A stretch of 64,000 nucleotides of DNA from Candidatus Rokuibacteriota bacterium (lineage in GTDB: Bacteria; Methylomirabilota; Methylomirabilia; Rokubacteriales; CSP1-6), in NCBI GenBank assembly GCA_003221615.1, contig QHSQ01000140.1, positions 15,000 through 78,999 of the forward strand, read 5' to 3'. Under the pieces are notes generated by a model, which was not told where the DNA came from, ran no database searches, and worked only from the letters and a program-made list of their open reading frames with translations. This document shows positions 29,228-38,596 of the stretch, piece after piece. The first letter of the stretch is position 1. The number at the start of each line of letters is the position of its first letter. Made by a program: the position numbers and the translations under genes.

Positions 29228-29548
29228 TCATCCGGTGTCGCCGTCGATGAGCTCGCCGTCGATGTCGATGAAGACGATCGACTCAGCGCCGGGAGCACGT
29301 TGCACCCAGATCGCTGACGCCACGACCCCCGTCTGGAGGTTCAGCCCTTGCCAGACGCCGCCGGTTGGTGGACGATCGCGCCGACTGCGAGTCACCGCGA
29401 GCTTATATTCTGCGAATCCCGCGTGCGCGAGCGCCTCGACGACGTCTCGGGGCTGCGCCGCCCACGCGTGCGCGTTCTCTGACCATTGGATCTTGCCGCT
29501 CTGGCGTAGCTCGTTCAGCCGTTCGAGCTCTTCCACGCCACCCCTCAT
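29228..29548 (-). CDS. hypothetical protein (106 aa)
   Basis: Strong AGGAGGTG RBS; tightly coupled to the downstream gene. Confidence 0.75.
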   Translation of the reverse strand: MRGGVEELERLNELRQSGKIQWSENAHAWAAQPRDVVEALAHAGFAEYKLAVTRSRRDRPPTGGVWQGLNLQTGVVASAIWVQRAPGAESIVFIDIDGELIDGDTG

Positions 29549-29662
29549 CGAGCACCTCCTGGCTGTGTGTTCGACCTACCGATGTAGTAGCTCCGGTGCG
29601 GCTGCGGCGTGATGACGAATCGATCACCGCGTCGTGACCCGAGCACCGGAGATCGGACGGCA

Positions 29663-29678
29663 CGCAATGCGCTTGCCA
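29663..29678 (-). promoter_or_regulatory. sigma54 -24/-12 promoter
   Basis: TGGCAA-GCGCA-TTGCG on the minus strand, correct GG-N10-GC spacing, about 115 nt upstream of 29548, next to a sigma54 activator gene. Confidence 0.65.
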
Positions 29679-29911
29679 GGTCGTCGACCTGACGGCCGCG
29701 TGCGATTCGCGATGACAAGTGCCCGCAATCGCGGGACTGTCGGTCCGCGCTGCAGACGTCGCTGCCGTGACGGGAGATCGGATAGCGCCGAAGGAACAGT
29801 CACACACGCGCGATGCATGCTCGAACCGGATGCAGCGAGTTCAGGACCTTAGCGCGTGTGGCCGTCGAACGCGCAGGGTGGGCGGTTCTGCCACACCGGA
29901 GCTCGCATTCC

Positions 29912-29940
29912 TTGACATCATTCACGACCGTCACTACCCT
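29912..29940 (+). promoter_or_regulatory. sigma70-type promoter toward the activator gene
   Basis: TTGACA-17 nt-TACCCT. Confidence 0.55.
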
Positions 29941-30209
29941 GACCTGGTAATTTCAATGCGACACGCAGACTTGCCCGCCTTCCGCCTCCCCGGTCGAGGC
30001 GTTTTCTGATCGCCTAGCTCTCCCGCGGCGGCCGTCGTCGCTTCGGCGACGCCGCGCCGTCATGTCGATTCACCCCGGCTCTCTCGGCTTGGTGTTGCGG
30101 AGCGCTGCAGTCCGCGAACCTTGCCGGCCTAGAGTCGGGATCTGCGCGTGGACGACCCGGATCGAATCGGGGAGCACCGTTGAATCAGGAGCGGAGGGGA
30201 GAAGCAGGA

Positions 30210-31184
30210 ATGACCCGGCGTGAGGATTGCCGCGCTCCGCGCATCGTGGGCGGATCGCGACCGATGCGCGACGTGCTGGAGATGGTGGCCCGCGTGGCGC
30301 GGACCCGCAGCACCGTGCTGATCCAGGGAGAGACCGGCACCGGAAAGGAGCTCATCGCCCGGGCCATCCACGCGGCGAGCTCGCGAGCGGTCCGGCCGTT
30401 CGTGCCGGTCGATTGCAGCGCGCTCGCCGAGGGCGTGCTCGAGTCCGAGCTCTTCGGGCACGTGAAGGGCGCGTTCACCGGAGCGGTGATCCACAAGCGC
30501 GGGCTGTTCGAGACGGCCAACGACGGCACATGTTTTCTCGACGAGATCGGCGAGATCAGCCTGTGCGTCCAGGCCAAGCTGCTCCGGGTTCTGCAGGAGC
30601 ACGAGATCAAGCGGGTGGGGGGCACCGACAGCGTCGGCGTGGACGTCAGGGTGGTCGCGGCGACGAATCGGGATCTCGGCGCGCTGATCGACGGGGGCCG
30701 GTTCCGTGAAGACCTGTTCTATCGCCTGAGCGTGGTCACGCTCCAGATCCCGCCATTGCGCGATCGGCGCGAGGACATTCCGCTCCTCGCCGACCATTTC
30801 CTGCGCGTGTACGCCAGCGCCAACGGCCGACGCGTGTCGGACATCGCCCCCGAGGCAATGGCCTTGATGGTCGGCTACGACTGGCCCGGGAACATCCGTG
30901 AGCTGGAGCACGCCATCGAGCGCGCCGTCGCCTTGACGACGAGCTCAGTGATCCGTCCGGAGGACCTGCCGCCGAAGTGTGCCGGGACGGTACCCACCAC
31001 CGACGCGCCAGGATCGGCGCTCAGCCTGCGTGGAGTCGTGACGCGCCATGTTCACCGCGTGCTGCGCGAGGCGCGCTGGAACAAGAAGCTGGCGGCTCAG
31101 CTCCTCGGCATTCATCGGCGCACGCTCTATCGCCTCACGAAGCGGTACGGCATCAGCCTGAGTGAGCGCGACAGCCGCGGTTGA
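30210..31184 (+). CDS. sigma54-dependent enhancer-binding protein lacking an N-terminal sensory domain
   Basis: GETGTGKE, ESELFGHVKGAFTGA, FLDEIGE, FREDLFYRL, WPGNIRELE, Fis-type HTH. Confidence 0.92.
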   Translation: MTRREDCRAPRIVGGSRPMRDVLEMVARVARTRSTVLIQGETGTGKELIARAIHAASSRAVRPFVPVDCSALAEGVLESELFGHVKGAFTGAVIHKRGLFETANDGTCFLDEIGEISLCVQAKLLRVLQEHEIKRVGGTDSVGVDVRVVAATNRDLGALIDGGRFREDLFYRLSVVTLQIPPLRDRREDIPLLADHFLRVYASANGRRVSDIAPEAMALMVGYDWPGNIRELEHAIERAVALTTSSVIRPEDLPPKCAGTVPTTDAPGSALSLRGVVTRHVHRVLREARWNKKLAAQLLGIHRRTLYRLTKRYGISLSERDSRG

Positions 31185-31254
31185 AGCGCCGGACGAGCCG
31201 CAATGAGATAATCCCGCCCGCATCGCTCACGATCCGACCGAGAGGAGCGCCGGC

Positions 31255-32217
31255 ATGAAGGCCTACTGGATCAGCCCCGGTCCCACGGCAACGGCGGTCG
31301 AGCTGCGCGAAACCGCCGCACCCGAGCCCAAGGCCGGCGAGATTCTCGTGCGGGTGCGGGCCGCGTCCTTGAACCGTGGCGAGCTTCTGGGCGGCGCCCA
31401 CGGCGCCGCGCTGAAGCCCGGCGGCGGGGAATGCGCGGGCGAGGTGGTCAAGGTCGGCGACGGCGTCACCGGCGTGTCGGTCGGCGCGCGCATGATGGGA
31501 CGGTGCGGGGGCGGCTTCGCCGAGCTCGCCTTGATGGACGCGCGCGAGGCCCTCCGCGTGCCGGAGCGCCTCACGTGGGACGAGGCGGCCGCCACGCCCC
31601 TCACGTTCATCGTCGTCTACGACATGCTGATCGCTCAGGGCCACCTCGCGGCCGGTCAGTGGCTCTTCGTCACCGGGATCTCGTCGGGGGTCGGCGTGGC
31701 CGCGCTACAAACCGCGAAGGTGCTGGGGGCGCGCGTCATCGGCACGTCCGGATCCGCCGACAAGCTGGCCCGGCTCGAGAAGATCGGCCTCGACGTCAGC
31801 CTTCGCACGCGCGCCGGCGATTTCCACGACGCCGTGATGAAGGCCACCGAGGGCAAGGGTGTGAACCTCGTGGTCAACAACGTGGGCGGCTCGATGTTCG
31901 CCGCGTGCGTCAAGATCCTGGCGTTCGAGGGGCGGCTGGCGACGGTGGGACATCTCGACCACGTGCTCTCGGCCACCCTGGACATCGAGGCGCTGCATCG
32001 CAAGCGCCTCACGGTCTTCGGCGTCAGCAACCGGTTGCGGACGGCGGGTCAGCGCGCCGAGACCGTCCGCGCGTTCGCGCGCGACGTCCTGCCTTACTTC
32101 GAGGACGGGCGGCTTCGGCCGCTCGTCGACCGGGTCTTCGGCTTCGACGAGCTGCCGGCCGCCATCGCGTTCATGGAGTCCGACGCGCAGGTCGGCAAGA
32201 TCGTCGTCCGCGTCTGA
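31255..32217 (+). CDS. NADPH:quinone oxidoreductase / MDR family
   Basis: AASLNRGE, TGISSGVG, QVGKIVV. Confidence 0.9.
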   Translation: MKAYWISPGPTATAVELRETAAPEPKAGEILVRVRAASLNRGELLGGAHGAALKPGGGECAGEVVKVGDGVTGVSVGARMMGRCGGGFAELALMDAREALRVPERLTWDEAAATPLTFIVVYDMLIAQGHLAAGQWLFVTGISSGVGVAALQTAKVLGARVIGTSGSADKLARLEKIGLDVSLRTRAGDFHDAVMKATEGKGVNLVVNNVGGSMFAACVKILAFEGRLATVGHLDHVLSATLDIEALHRKRLTVFGVSNRLRTAGQRAETVRAFARDVLPYFEDGRLRPLVDRVFGFDELPAAIAFMESDAQVGKIVVRV

Positions 32218-32248
32218 TCCCGATCCCGGGATTACTCGGGGAGGCGAG

Positions 32249-33264
32249 CTAGCCGAGCACCCCCTGCGCCCGAAGCTTCTCCACGTCCGCCGCGGACAGC
32301 CCCAGGACTTCGCCCAGCACCTCGGCGGTGTGCTCGCCGGCGAGCGGCGGCGGCGAGGTCGGCGCCGGCGAGGCCGAGAGATGCACGGGACAGCCCGGAA
32401 GCCGGATGCGGCCGCGCGTGGCGTGCTCGATCGTGTGGATCTGGCCGCGCGCGTTCAGGTGCGGGTCCTCCAGGATCTCGCCCGTGTCGAGGATGGCGCC
32501 GCAGGGCACGCCCGCCTTGCCGAGGATCGCCATCACCTCGTGCTTCGTGCGGGCGCCCGTCCACGCGCGGACGATCTCGTTCAGCGAATCGCGATGCTCC
32601 CAGCGCGTCTTCGCGTCCTGATAGCGGGCGTCGGCCAGCAGGTCCTCGCGCCCGATCGCGGTCACGAAGTCGCGCCACATGTCCTGGTTGACGGGCTGCA
32701 CGTAGATGTAGGCGTGGTCGTTGGACCCGCCCGGCGCGCACGGATAGGCCCCGCCGGGGACGCCGCCCACCAGTCCGTTGCCGCGCCGCTCGGCCGGGGA
32801 AAGCCGGTCACGCTCATCACGCCGCCGGTGGCCTGGGCGATCATGTCGAAGCTCTTGTACTCGCTGTACGGGCCGGAGAGCCCGAAGCCCTTGATACGCG
32901 CCACGATGATCCGTGGATTGGTCGCGCGCAGGCGCTCGTAGTCGAGGCCGAGCTTCTCCATCAGGCCGGGCGCGAAGTTCTCGACCACGACGTCGGCCTT
33001 CTCGACCATCTTCAGGAAGAGCGCCCGGCCGTCGGCGTTTTTCAGGTCGATCGTCACGCTGCGCTTGTTCGAGTTGAAGACCAGGAAGAACATCGCGTCG
33101 AGCCCCGGCACTTCCGGCCGGTTGCGGCGCGACTGCTCGCCGCCGGGCGGCTCGATCTTGAGCACGTCGGCGCCCAGCCAGCCGAGGAACTGGGTGCAGG
33201 TGGTGCCGGCTTCGAACTGGGTGAGGTCGAGGACCCGCATGCCGGTCAGCGCGCGTTCGGCCAT
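32249..33264 (-). pseudogene. CoA transferase family III (CaiB/Frc-like) with frameshifting internal deletion
   Basis: N-half ([29 protein letters not shown]) and C-half (ERRGNG...GVPCG...PPLAGEHT) are in different frames; junction about 32796-32800; the segment with the catalytic Asp is absent. Confidence 0.85.
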
Positions 33265-33344
33265 GGCTCACTCTCCTGAAGAACGGACGCTTCGAAGGTC
33301 CGCTGCGCGAACAGCGTAGAGGATCGTCGCCCCCTCGTCCATCC

Positions 33345-34799
33345 TCATGCGTAGCCGGGCGGCGGAACGAACGCCTGGAACTCGCGCTCGAGCAGCCGCG
33401 CGAAGGCGAGGCACCTGAGATCGCCGTACTGCGGCCCGACGATCTGCACGCCGACGGGGAGCCCGCCCGGCGTGAAGCCGCACGGCGCGGCGGTCGACGG
33501 CAGATAGAACGCGCCGCTGTAGCCGGCCCAGAACAGATGGTCGGTCACGGGCACGCGCTTGCCGTCGACCATCAGCGTGCGCTCGTAGCGCTCACCCTTC
33601 TGATCGTGCGGGAAGGCCGCCGCGCCGGCGACCGGACACAGGAGCAGGTCGTGGGTCGTGAAGAACTCGGCCCACGCGCGCCGCATACGGTGGCGCGTCT
33701 CGTTCGCCGCGAGCCAGTCGCGATGCGACAGGACCGCGGCGCGCGTGGCGCGCGCATAGTAGCTCTGATCGCCGACCGCGAGGCCGCGCGCGATCGCCGC
33801 GTTCTGCTCGAAGTCCGCGTCGCTCTGGCGGTCGGACGTCGCGGCGCGCAGGAGCCGCGTGTAGACGGCGAACGCCTCGCCGGGATCGATGGCCGGGCGC
33901 GCGCGATCGTCGACCTTCGCCTTCTGCCGGCTCAGAAAGTCGGCCAGGGTCTGGAGCCGGTCCTGCACCTCGCGAGCCACGGCGATGTCGGGCGCGTCGA
34001 GCATCAGGGCCACCTTGAAGTCGCGCAGCCGCCGCTGCCGTGGCGGCGCGAGCCGCAGCTGCCATCCCGCCGCCTCGATCTCGTCGGGGCCGGCCATGAC
34101 CGACAGCGCCAGCGCGAGGTCGTCGGCGCTCCGCGCGAGCGGACCCACCACGTCGATGTCGACGGCTGCGGTTTGCCAGGGTAGCGCCTGGCCGCTACGC
34201 GGCACGATGCCCCAGGTCGGCTTGTGGCCATAGACGCCGCAGAAGTGGGCCGGGTTGCGGATCGACGAGCCGATGTCGCTCCCGGCCTCGAGCCCGGTGA
34301 GCCCGGCCGCGAGCGCCGTCGCGGAGCCGCCCGAGGATCCGCCGGGCGCGCGCGCGACGTCCCACGGGTTGTTCGTGGTGCCGTAGATCGTGTTGTAGCT
34401 CTGCCAGTCGGCGAGGAAGAGCGGCACGTTGGTCTTGCCGAAGAGCACGACGCCGGCGTCGAGCAGGCGGTCGACGGCGACCGCGTTCTTCGTCGCGACG
34501 TTCCTGGCGTAGGCCGGCACGCCCCACGTGGTCGGCAGGCCCGCGACGTCATAGGACTCCTTGATCGTCATGGGCACCCCGTGCAGAGGCCCCCATATCT
34601 GGCGGCGGGCCAGCGCCCGATCCGCCGCACGGGCGCGCGTGCGCGCGCGGTCGAAATCGCGCACGACGACGGCGTTCAGCGCACCGTCGTACTTCTCGAC
34701 GCGCGCGAGATACAGGTCCAGCAGCTCGAGGCAGCCGAGCTTCCTCTTCTTGATATCGGCGGCGAGCTGCCTGGCGGAGCGGAAGGGGATCTCGAGCAT
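33345..34799 (-). CDS. amidase signature family protein
   Basis: GKTNVP, PGGSSGGS, GSDIGSSIRNPA; AGGAGG RBS before ATG 34799. Confidence 0.93.
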   Translation of the reverse strand: MLEIPFRSARQLAADIKKRKLGCLELLDLYLARVEKYDGALNAVVVRDFDRARTRARAADRALARRQIWGPLHGVPMTIKESYDVAGLPTTWGVPAYARNVATKNAVAVDRLLDAGVVLFGKTNVPLFLADWQSYNTIYGTTNNPWDVARAPGGSSGGSATALAAGLTGLEAGSDIGSSIRNPAHFCGVYGHKPTWGIVPRSGQALPWQTAAVDIDVVGPLARSADDLALALSVMAGPDEIEAAGWQLRLAPPRQRRLRDFKVALMLDAPDIAVAREVQDRLQTLADFLSRQKAKVDDRARPAIDPGEAFAVYTRLLRAATSDRQSDADFEQNAAIARGLAVGDQSYYARATRAAVLSHRDWLAANETRHRMRRAWAEFFTTHDLLLCPVAGAAAFPHDQKGERYERTLMVDGKRVPVTDHLFWAGYSGAFYLPSTAAPCGFTPGGLPVGVQIVGPQYGDLRCLAFARLLEREFQAFVPPPGYA

Positions 34800-34860
34800 G
34801 GCCGGCCTCCTGCGCGGTCTCCAGAGACCACTGAGCGCGATGGAAGTATACTGTTCGCCC

Positions 34861-35607
34861 ATGGCCGAATCGACCCCGCCGCATCCTGTCCTGGAGGCGT
34901 ATTACTCGGTCGCGGCCGACCGGCAGTCGTTCGTCGGCGAGCTGTTCGACGGCGCCGCCCGGCACTACAACCACATCGGCCGGATGCTCGACCTGGGCTC
35001 AGGCCCAATGTATCGGCGCCAGGCTCTCCAGCGGGCCGGCCTGCGCCGGGGCATGCGCCTCCTCGACGTCGCGACCGGCACCGGTCTGGTCGCGCGGGGG
35101 GCGGTCGAGATCCTGGGCGACCCCCGGGGCGTGGTGGGCGTCGATCCGAGCGGCGGCATGCTGCGCGAGGCGCGCACCGCGCTCTCGGGGCCGCTCGTGC
35201 GGGGCCGGGGCGAAGCGCTGCCGTTCCGCGAAGATACCTTCGACATGCTCAGCATGGGCTTCGCCTTGCGCCATGTCCCGGATCTCGAGATCGCCTTCTC
35301 GGAGTACCGCCGCGTCCTGAAGCCGGGCGGCCGCGTTCTCCTTCTCGAGGTGTCTCGGCCGGCATCGCGGGTCTCTCGTTGGCTCATGCAGACCCACTTC
35401 CAGCGCGTGCTGCCGATGCTGACGCGTCTGAGCACAGGGAGCGAGCCGGCTGAGCTCCTGATGAAGTACTACTGGGACACGATCGACCGCTGCGTGGCGC
35501 CCGAGACGATCCTCGGCGTCTTGCGGCGCAACGGGTTCGTCGGAGTGGAACGGCGAGTGTTCTTCGGATTTCTCAGCGAGTACGTCGCGGTCAAGCCCGA
35601 CAGATAA
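34861..35607 (+). CDS. UbiE-like class I SAM methyltransferase
   Basis: LLDVATGTG, VGVDPSGGML, MGFALRH, RVLKPGG. Confidence 0.88.
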   Translation: MAESTPPHPVLEAYYSVAADRQSFVGELFDGAARHYNHIGRMLDLGSGPMYRRQALQRAGLRRGMRLLDVATGTGLVARGAVEILGDPRGVVGVDPSGGMLREARTALSGPLVRGRGEALPFREDTFDMLSMGFALRHVPDLEIAFSEYRRVLKPGGRVLLLEVSRPASRVSRWLMQTHFQRVLPMLTRLSTGSEPAELLMKYYWDTIDRCVAPETILGVLRRNGFVGVERRVFFGFLSEYVAVKPDR

Positions 35608-35634
35608 GCGCCGTCATCCCACCGAGCCCGCCCG

Positions 35635-36918
35635 TCACCGGATGGCGAGGTCCGTCGGCTTGACGCCGCGTAAGCCGTAGCGTCCGAGGAAACGCAGGAG
35701 GCCTCGGCTGTAGCGGGACGTCGTCGCGGCGCCGCTGGCCAAGAGGCCGACGTGCCGCGCGATGTGCTGCTGCATGGCTCGCTTGAGCAATCCCGGGTTT
35801 GCCGGCATCCACGAGCGCCCGGCCTGGATCAGCGCCGCCAGCCGTCCATCGTAGAGATAGGCCACCAGCTCGAGCCACGCCGACAGCATCTCATTCTGCG
35901 TCGCGGCGTACGAGGTCAGCACCGAATCGAGCTCGGTCGGCGACGGAATCTCGCGCCGGCGCAACCAGGGTGCGAGGGCATCCGCGAGCTGCTCGGCGGA
36001 CCTGAGCGCCAGGAACACGCCCGGCGACAGCATCGGATCGACGAAGCCGAATGCGTCGCCGACCATCACCCAGCCGCTCCCGTGGCCACGCTCGGAGATC
36101 AGCTGGTAGTTGGCGTAGGTCGCCACGTCCGTCACCCGGCGTCCGCTGCCGACGATGAACGTGAGCCCGGGGTCGGCCGCGATCGCGCGCTCGAGCCGCT
36201 CTTCCGGCGTCCGCCCGAGCTTCGCCGCGTCGTCCTGGCCAAGCACGATGCCGATGGAGAGCCGCTCCTGGAGTGGAATACACCAGCTCCAGCCCGCCTC
36301 GCCGCGGGCGATCCGCACCTGGCCAGGCGCGTCGTCCCAGCTGAAGCCCTCGAAGTGCGCGAAGTGCGCGACGTCCTTGCGGGGCCCGAGCCGCGCGGCA
36401 ATCCCGAGCGCGCGGGCCGCGAGGCGCGCGCGTCCGGTGGCATCGACGATCAGATCGGGCTGACCCGAGAGGCCCGGTGCTGCCGCGATCGCCTCGGGGG
36501 CGAGCCGCAGCTCGGCGCCCGTTTCACCCGAGGTGTTCGGCTCGAGCTGGACCCGGGTGGTCACGTAGTCGACGCCGGAGGCGATCGCCTTGGCGAGCAG
36601 CGCGTCGTCGAAATGCGGGCGGGGGACGTTGTAGGCGTACGGGAAGACCGAGGGCGCGAAGCGATTGAACGTCACGCTCACCCGGTCCGCGTGAGACCAG
36701 ATGAACGAGACGCCGGGCTTGACGCGGCTGAAGCTCGCGGTCTCCTTTTCGAGGTCGAGTCGCTGGAGGATCGGCACCACAGCCGGAACGAGTGATTCGC
36801 CGACGAGCAGCGCGGGACGGCGCCCGTCGTCGAAGAGCGTCACGTCCGCGCCCTCGCGAGCGAGCAGGATCGCCAGCGCGGAGCCCGAGGGCCCGGCGCC
36901 GACGATCGCGATCCGCAT
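35635..36918 (-). CDS. flavin-dependent halogenase-like FAD oxidoreductase
   Basis: GAGPSG, VGESL, conserved Lys in RVKPG, WSWCIPL (WxWxIP), GDAFGFVDPMLSPGV; alternative start at 36966. Confidence 0.8.
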   Translation of the reverse strand: MRIAIVGAGPSGSALAILLAREGADVTLFDDGRRPALLVGESLVPAVVPILQRLDLEKETASFSRVKPGVSFIWSHADRVSVTFNRFAPSVFPYAYNVPRPHFDDALLAKAIASGVDYVTTRVQLEPNTSGETGAELRLAPEAIAAAPGLSGQPDLIVDATGRARLAARALGIAARLGPRKDVAHFAHFEGFSWDDAPGQVRIARGEAGWSWCIPLQERLSIGIVLGQDDAAKLGRTPEERLERAIAADPGLTFIVGSGRRVTDVATYANYQLISERGHGSGWVMVGDAFGFVDPMLSPGVFLALRSAEQLADALAPWLRRREIPSPTELDSVLTSYAATQNEMLSAWLELVAYLYDGRLAALIQAGRSWMPANPGLLKRAMQQHIARHVGLLASGAATTSRYSRGLLRFLGRYGLRGVKPTDLAIR

Positions 36919-36947
36919 GCGTCGAGGTCCGCCGACGCCGCCGGATT

Positions 36948-38273
36948 TCAATTCGCCGCGCTCCATCCCATTCCCTCGCGAATGACCTCGACGATCCTTG
37001 CCGCCTCGGCCTCGGTCACGACGCCCTCGATCCAGGACACGACCAGATTGCTCCGCCCCCCACAGCGATTGAAGAATACGCCGATTCCCGGCCGCGGGGG
37101 AACGACCGGTACGTGATAGGCGTTCACGACTTTGCGTCCGAAACACTCGGCGAGCGCGGCGGGCCAGTCCGCGAGGTCGGCGCAGTTGAAGGAGAAGAGC
37201 TCTCCGCTTTCCGTCCACGGCAGCACGCGGAGCATCCGCGAGAGCGGCTGGTACTGGAGGAACTCCATGGCCACTTCGTTGGCCTCGATCTGTCCGTCGC
37301 GGACGGCGTCGGCCATCTGGCGACGCAGCGCCCGCGCCAGCCCGGGCACGTCCGCGGTATCGGATGGCGTGAACCGCGCGAAGTGGAACCCGAGCTGATT
37401 GCCGAAGGTCGCGCCCAGCTCTCCCTTCGGGCGCATGTCGACGGAGATCGGAAGCAGACAGGGCACCTCTGCGAGGTCTCGCCGGCGCCAGAGCTCGGTC
37501 ATCGCCTTGCCGACCAGGGCCACGCGCCAGCAGATCTCCCGCGTGGCGCGCGGGTCAGTCGATGGGGGAGCGACGAAGCTCTCGTGCTTGAAGCACGCCC
37601 GACCCGGCGGTACGGGTGGACCGCCCGGCGAGACCGGCGGCACCGGCGCGAGCGTTCGAAGATATTTCAGGCTCGCCCCCGCGATGCGGCCGCGCTCGAG
37701 GAGCCGGCGCGGAGCCCGATCGGGCACGAAGGTCGGCGGCGCGTCGCCCCAGGGCATCGCGCCCTCGTGACGGTCGAGATGGTTGAGGTGCGTCAGCAAG
37801 TTCTCTCCGCCCCGAGCGTCCATGAGGGGATGAAACCACGTCAACACCAGCAAGCTCGTCGGGCTCGGCCGCGCGGATTCGTCGTCGACGAGCAGCACGC
37901 GGAGCGGCGCCTCGCGTCTCGGCTCGATGCCGAGATTGAGCTCGCTCGCCAGCTCTGTGTGGAGCTGATCGCGCGCGGTGATCGTCGCCCGGCGCAGCGG
38001 CGGGCGGCTCAGGGTATTGCGCGAGCCCGCCGCCCAGTGAAGCTTGCCCCACGGAAACGGACGGCGCAGCCGAGCCGCTGGCCAGGGGCAGACGTCGAGA
38101 AACCGGTCCCACGCGCGAGTGATGCGCTCGGCATCGATGGGGCCATCGCACTCGACCACGAGCATGGTGTTGTGGTCGAGCCCAACGCCCTTCCAGCGCG
38201 GGTGGCGCGCCAACAGCACGAGATCGGCGCCGCGCAGCGGTAGTCGGCGCACGTCTCGCTTCAGGGCGGCCAC
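36948..38273 (-). CDS. stand-alone condensation-domain-like / CoA-dependent acyltransferase
   Basis: WFHPLMDARG (HxxxDG-like), PISVDMR, FGNQ motifs; the ORF-track N-terminal extension is repeat-derived. Confidence 0.72.
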   Translation of the reverse strand: MAALKRDVRRLPLRGADLVLLARHPRWKGVGLDHNTMLVVECDGPIDAERITRAWDRFLDVCPWPAARLRRPFPWGKLHWAAGSRNTLSRPPLRRATITARDQLHTELASELNLGIEPRREAPLRVLLVDDESARPSPTSLLVLTWFHPLMDARGGENLLTHLNHLDRHEGAMPWGDAPPTFVPDRAPRRLLERGRIAGASLKYLRTLAPVPPVSPGGPPVPPGRACFKHESFVAPPSTDPRATREICWRVALVGKAMTELWRRRDLAEVPCLLPISVDMRPKGELGATFGNQLGFHFARFTPSDTADVPGLARALRRQMADAVRDGQIEANEVAMEFLQYQPLSRMLRVLPWTESGELFSFNCADLADWPAALAECFGRKVVNAYHVPVVPPRPGIGVFFNRCGGRSNLVVSWIEGVVTEAEAARIVEVIREGMGWSAAN

Positions 38274-38301
38274 GTGATTTCGTCCAGCGGATCGTCTCCG
38301 A

Positions 38302-38487
38302 TTCAGAGGCGCGCCTCGGCCGGCGGGGGCCCCAGCCCCGCGACGGCCTGCGACGCGCACCAGGTTCAGAGGCGCGCCTCGGCCGGCGGGGGCCCAGCCC
38401 CGCGACGGCCTGCGACGCGCACCAGGTTCAGAGGCGCGCCTCGGCCGGCGGGGCCCCAGCCCCGCGACGGCCTGCGGCGCGCACTAC
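38302..38487 (-). repeat. three tandem REP-like hairpins (period 62-63 bp)
   Basis: Units start TTCAGAGGCGCGCC at 38302, 38365 and 38427; the reverse complement matches the 14337 and 47262 copies; GTAG at the 5' end of the array on the minus strand. Confidence 0.9.
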
Positions 38488-38596
38488 AGGTCGTCGTATC
38501 GGCCAGGACTCTGACGCGGCTCTGCGGGCATGTCAAGCGACCCGACCGAGCGCTGGTACACTCTGCGCCGAGCAAACCGATCTCAAGGAGCGCGCG

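Noticed and set aside
32790-32805. Programmed ribosomal frameshift in the CoA transferase
   Set aside because: Restoring the frame would still leave out the catalytic segment, so this is a deletion
38302-38487. Tandem 62-63 bp repeats as a CRISPR array
   Set aside because: Units are adjacent with no unique spacers, are too long, recur at dispersed intergenic sites, and no cas genes are present
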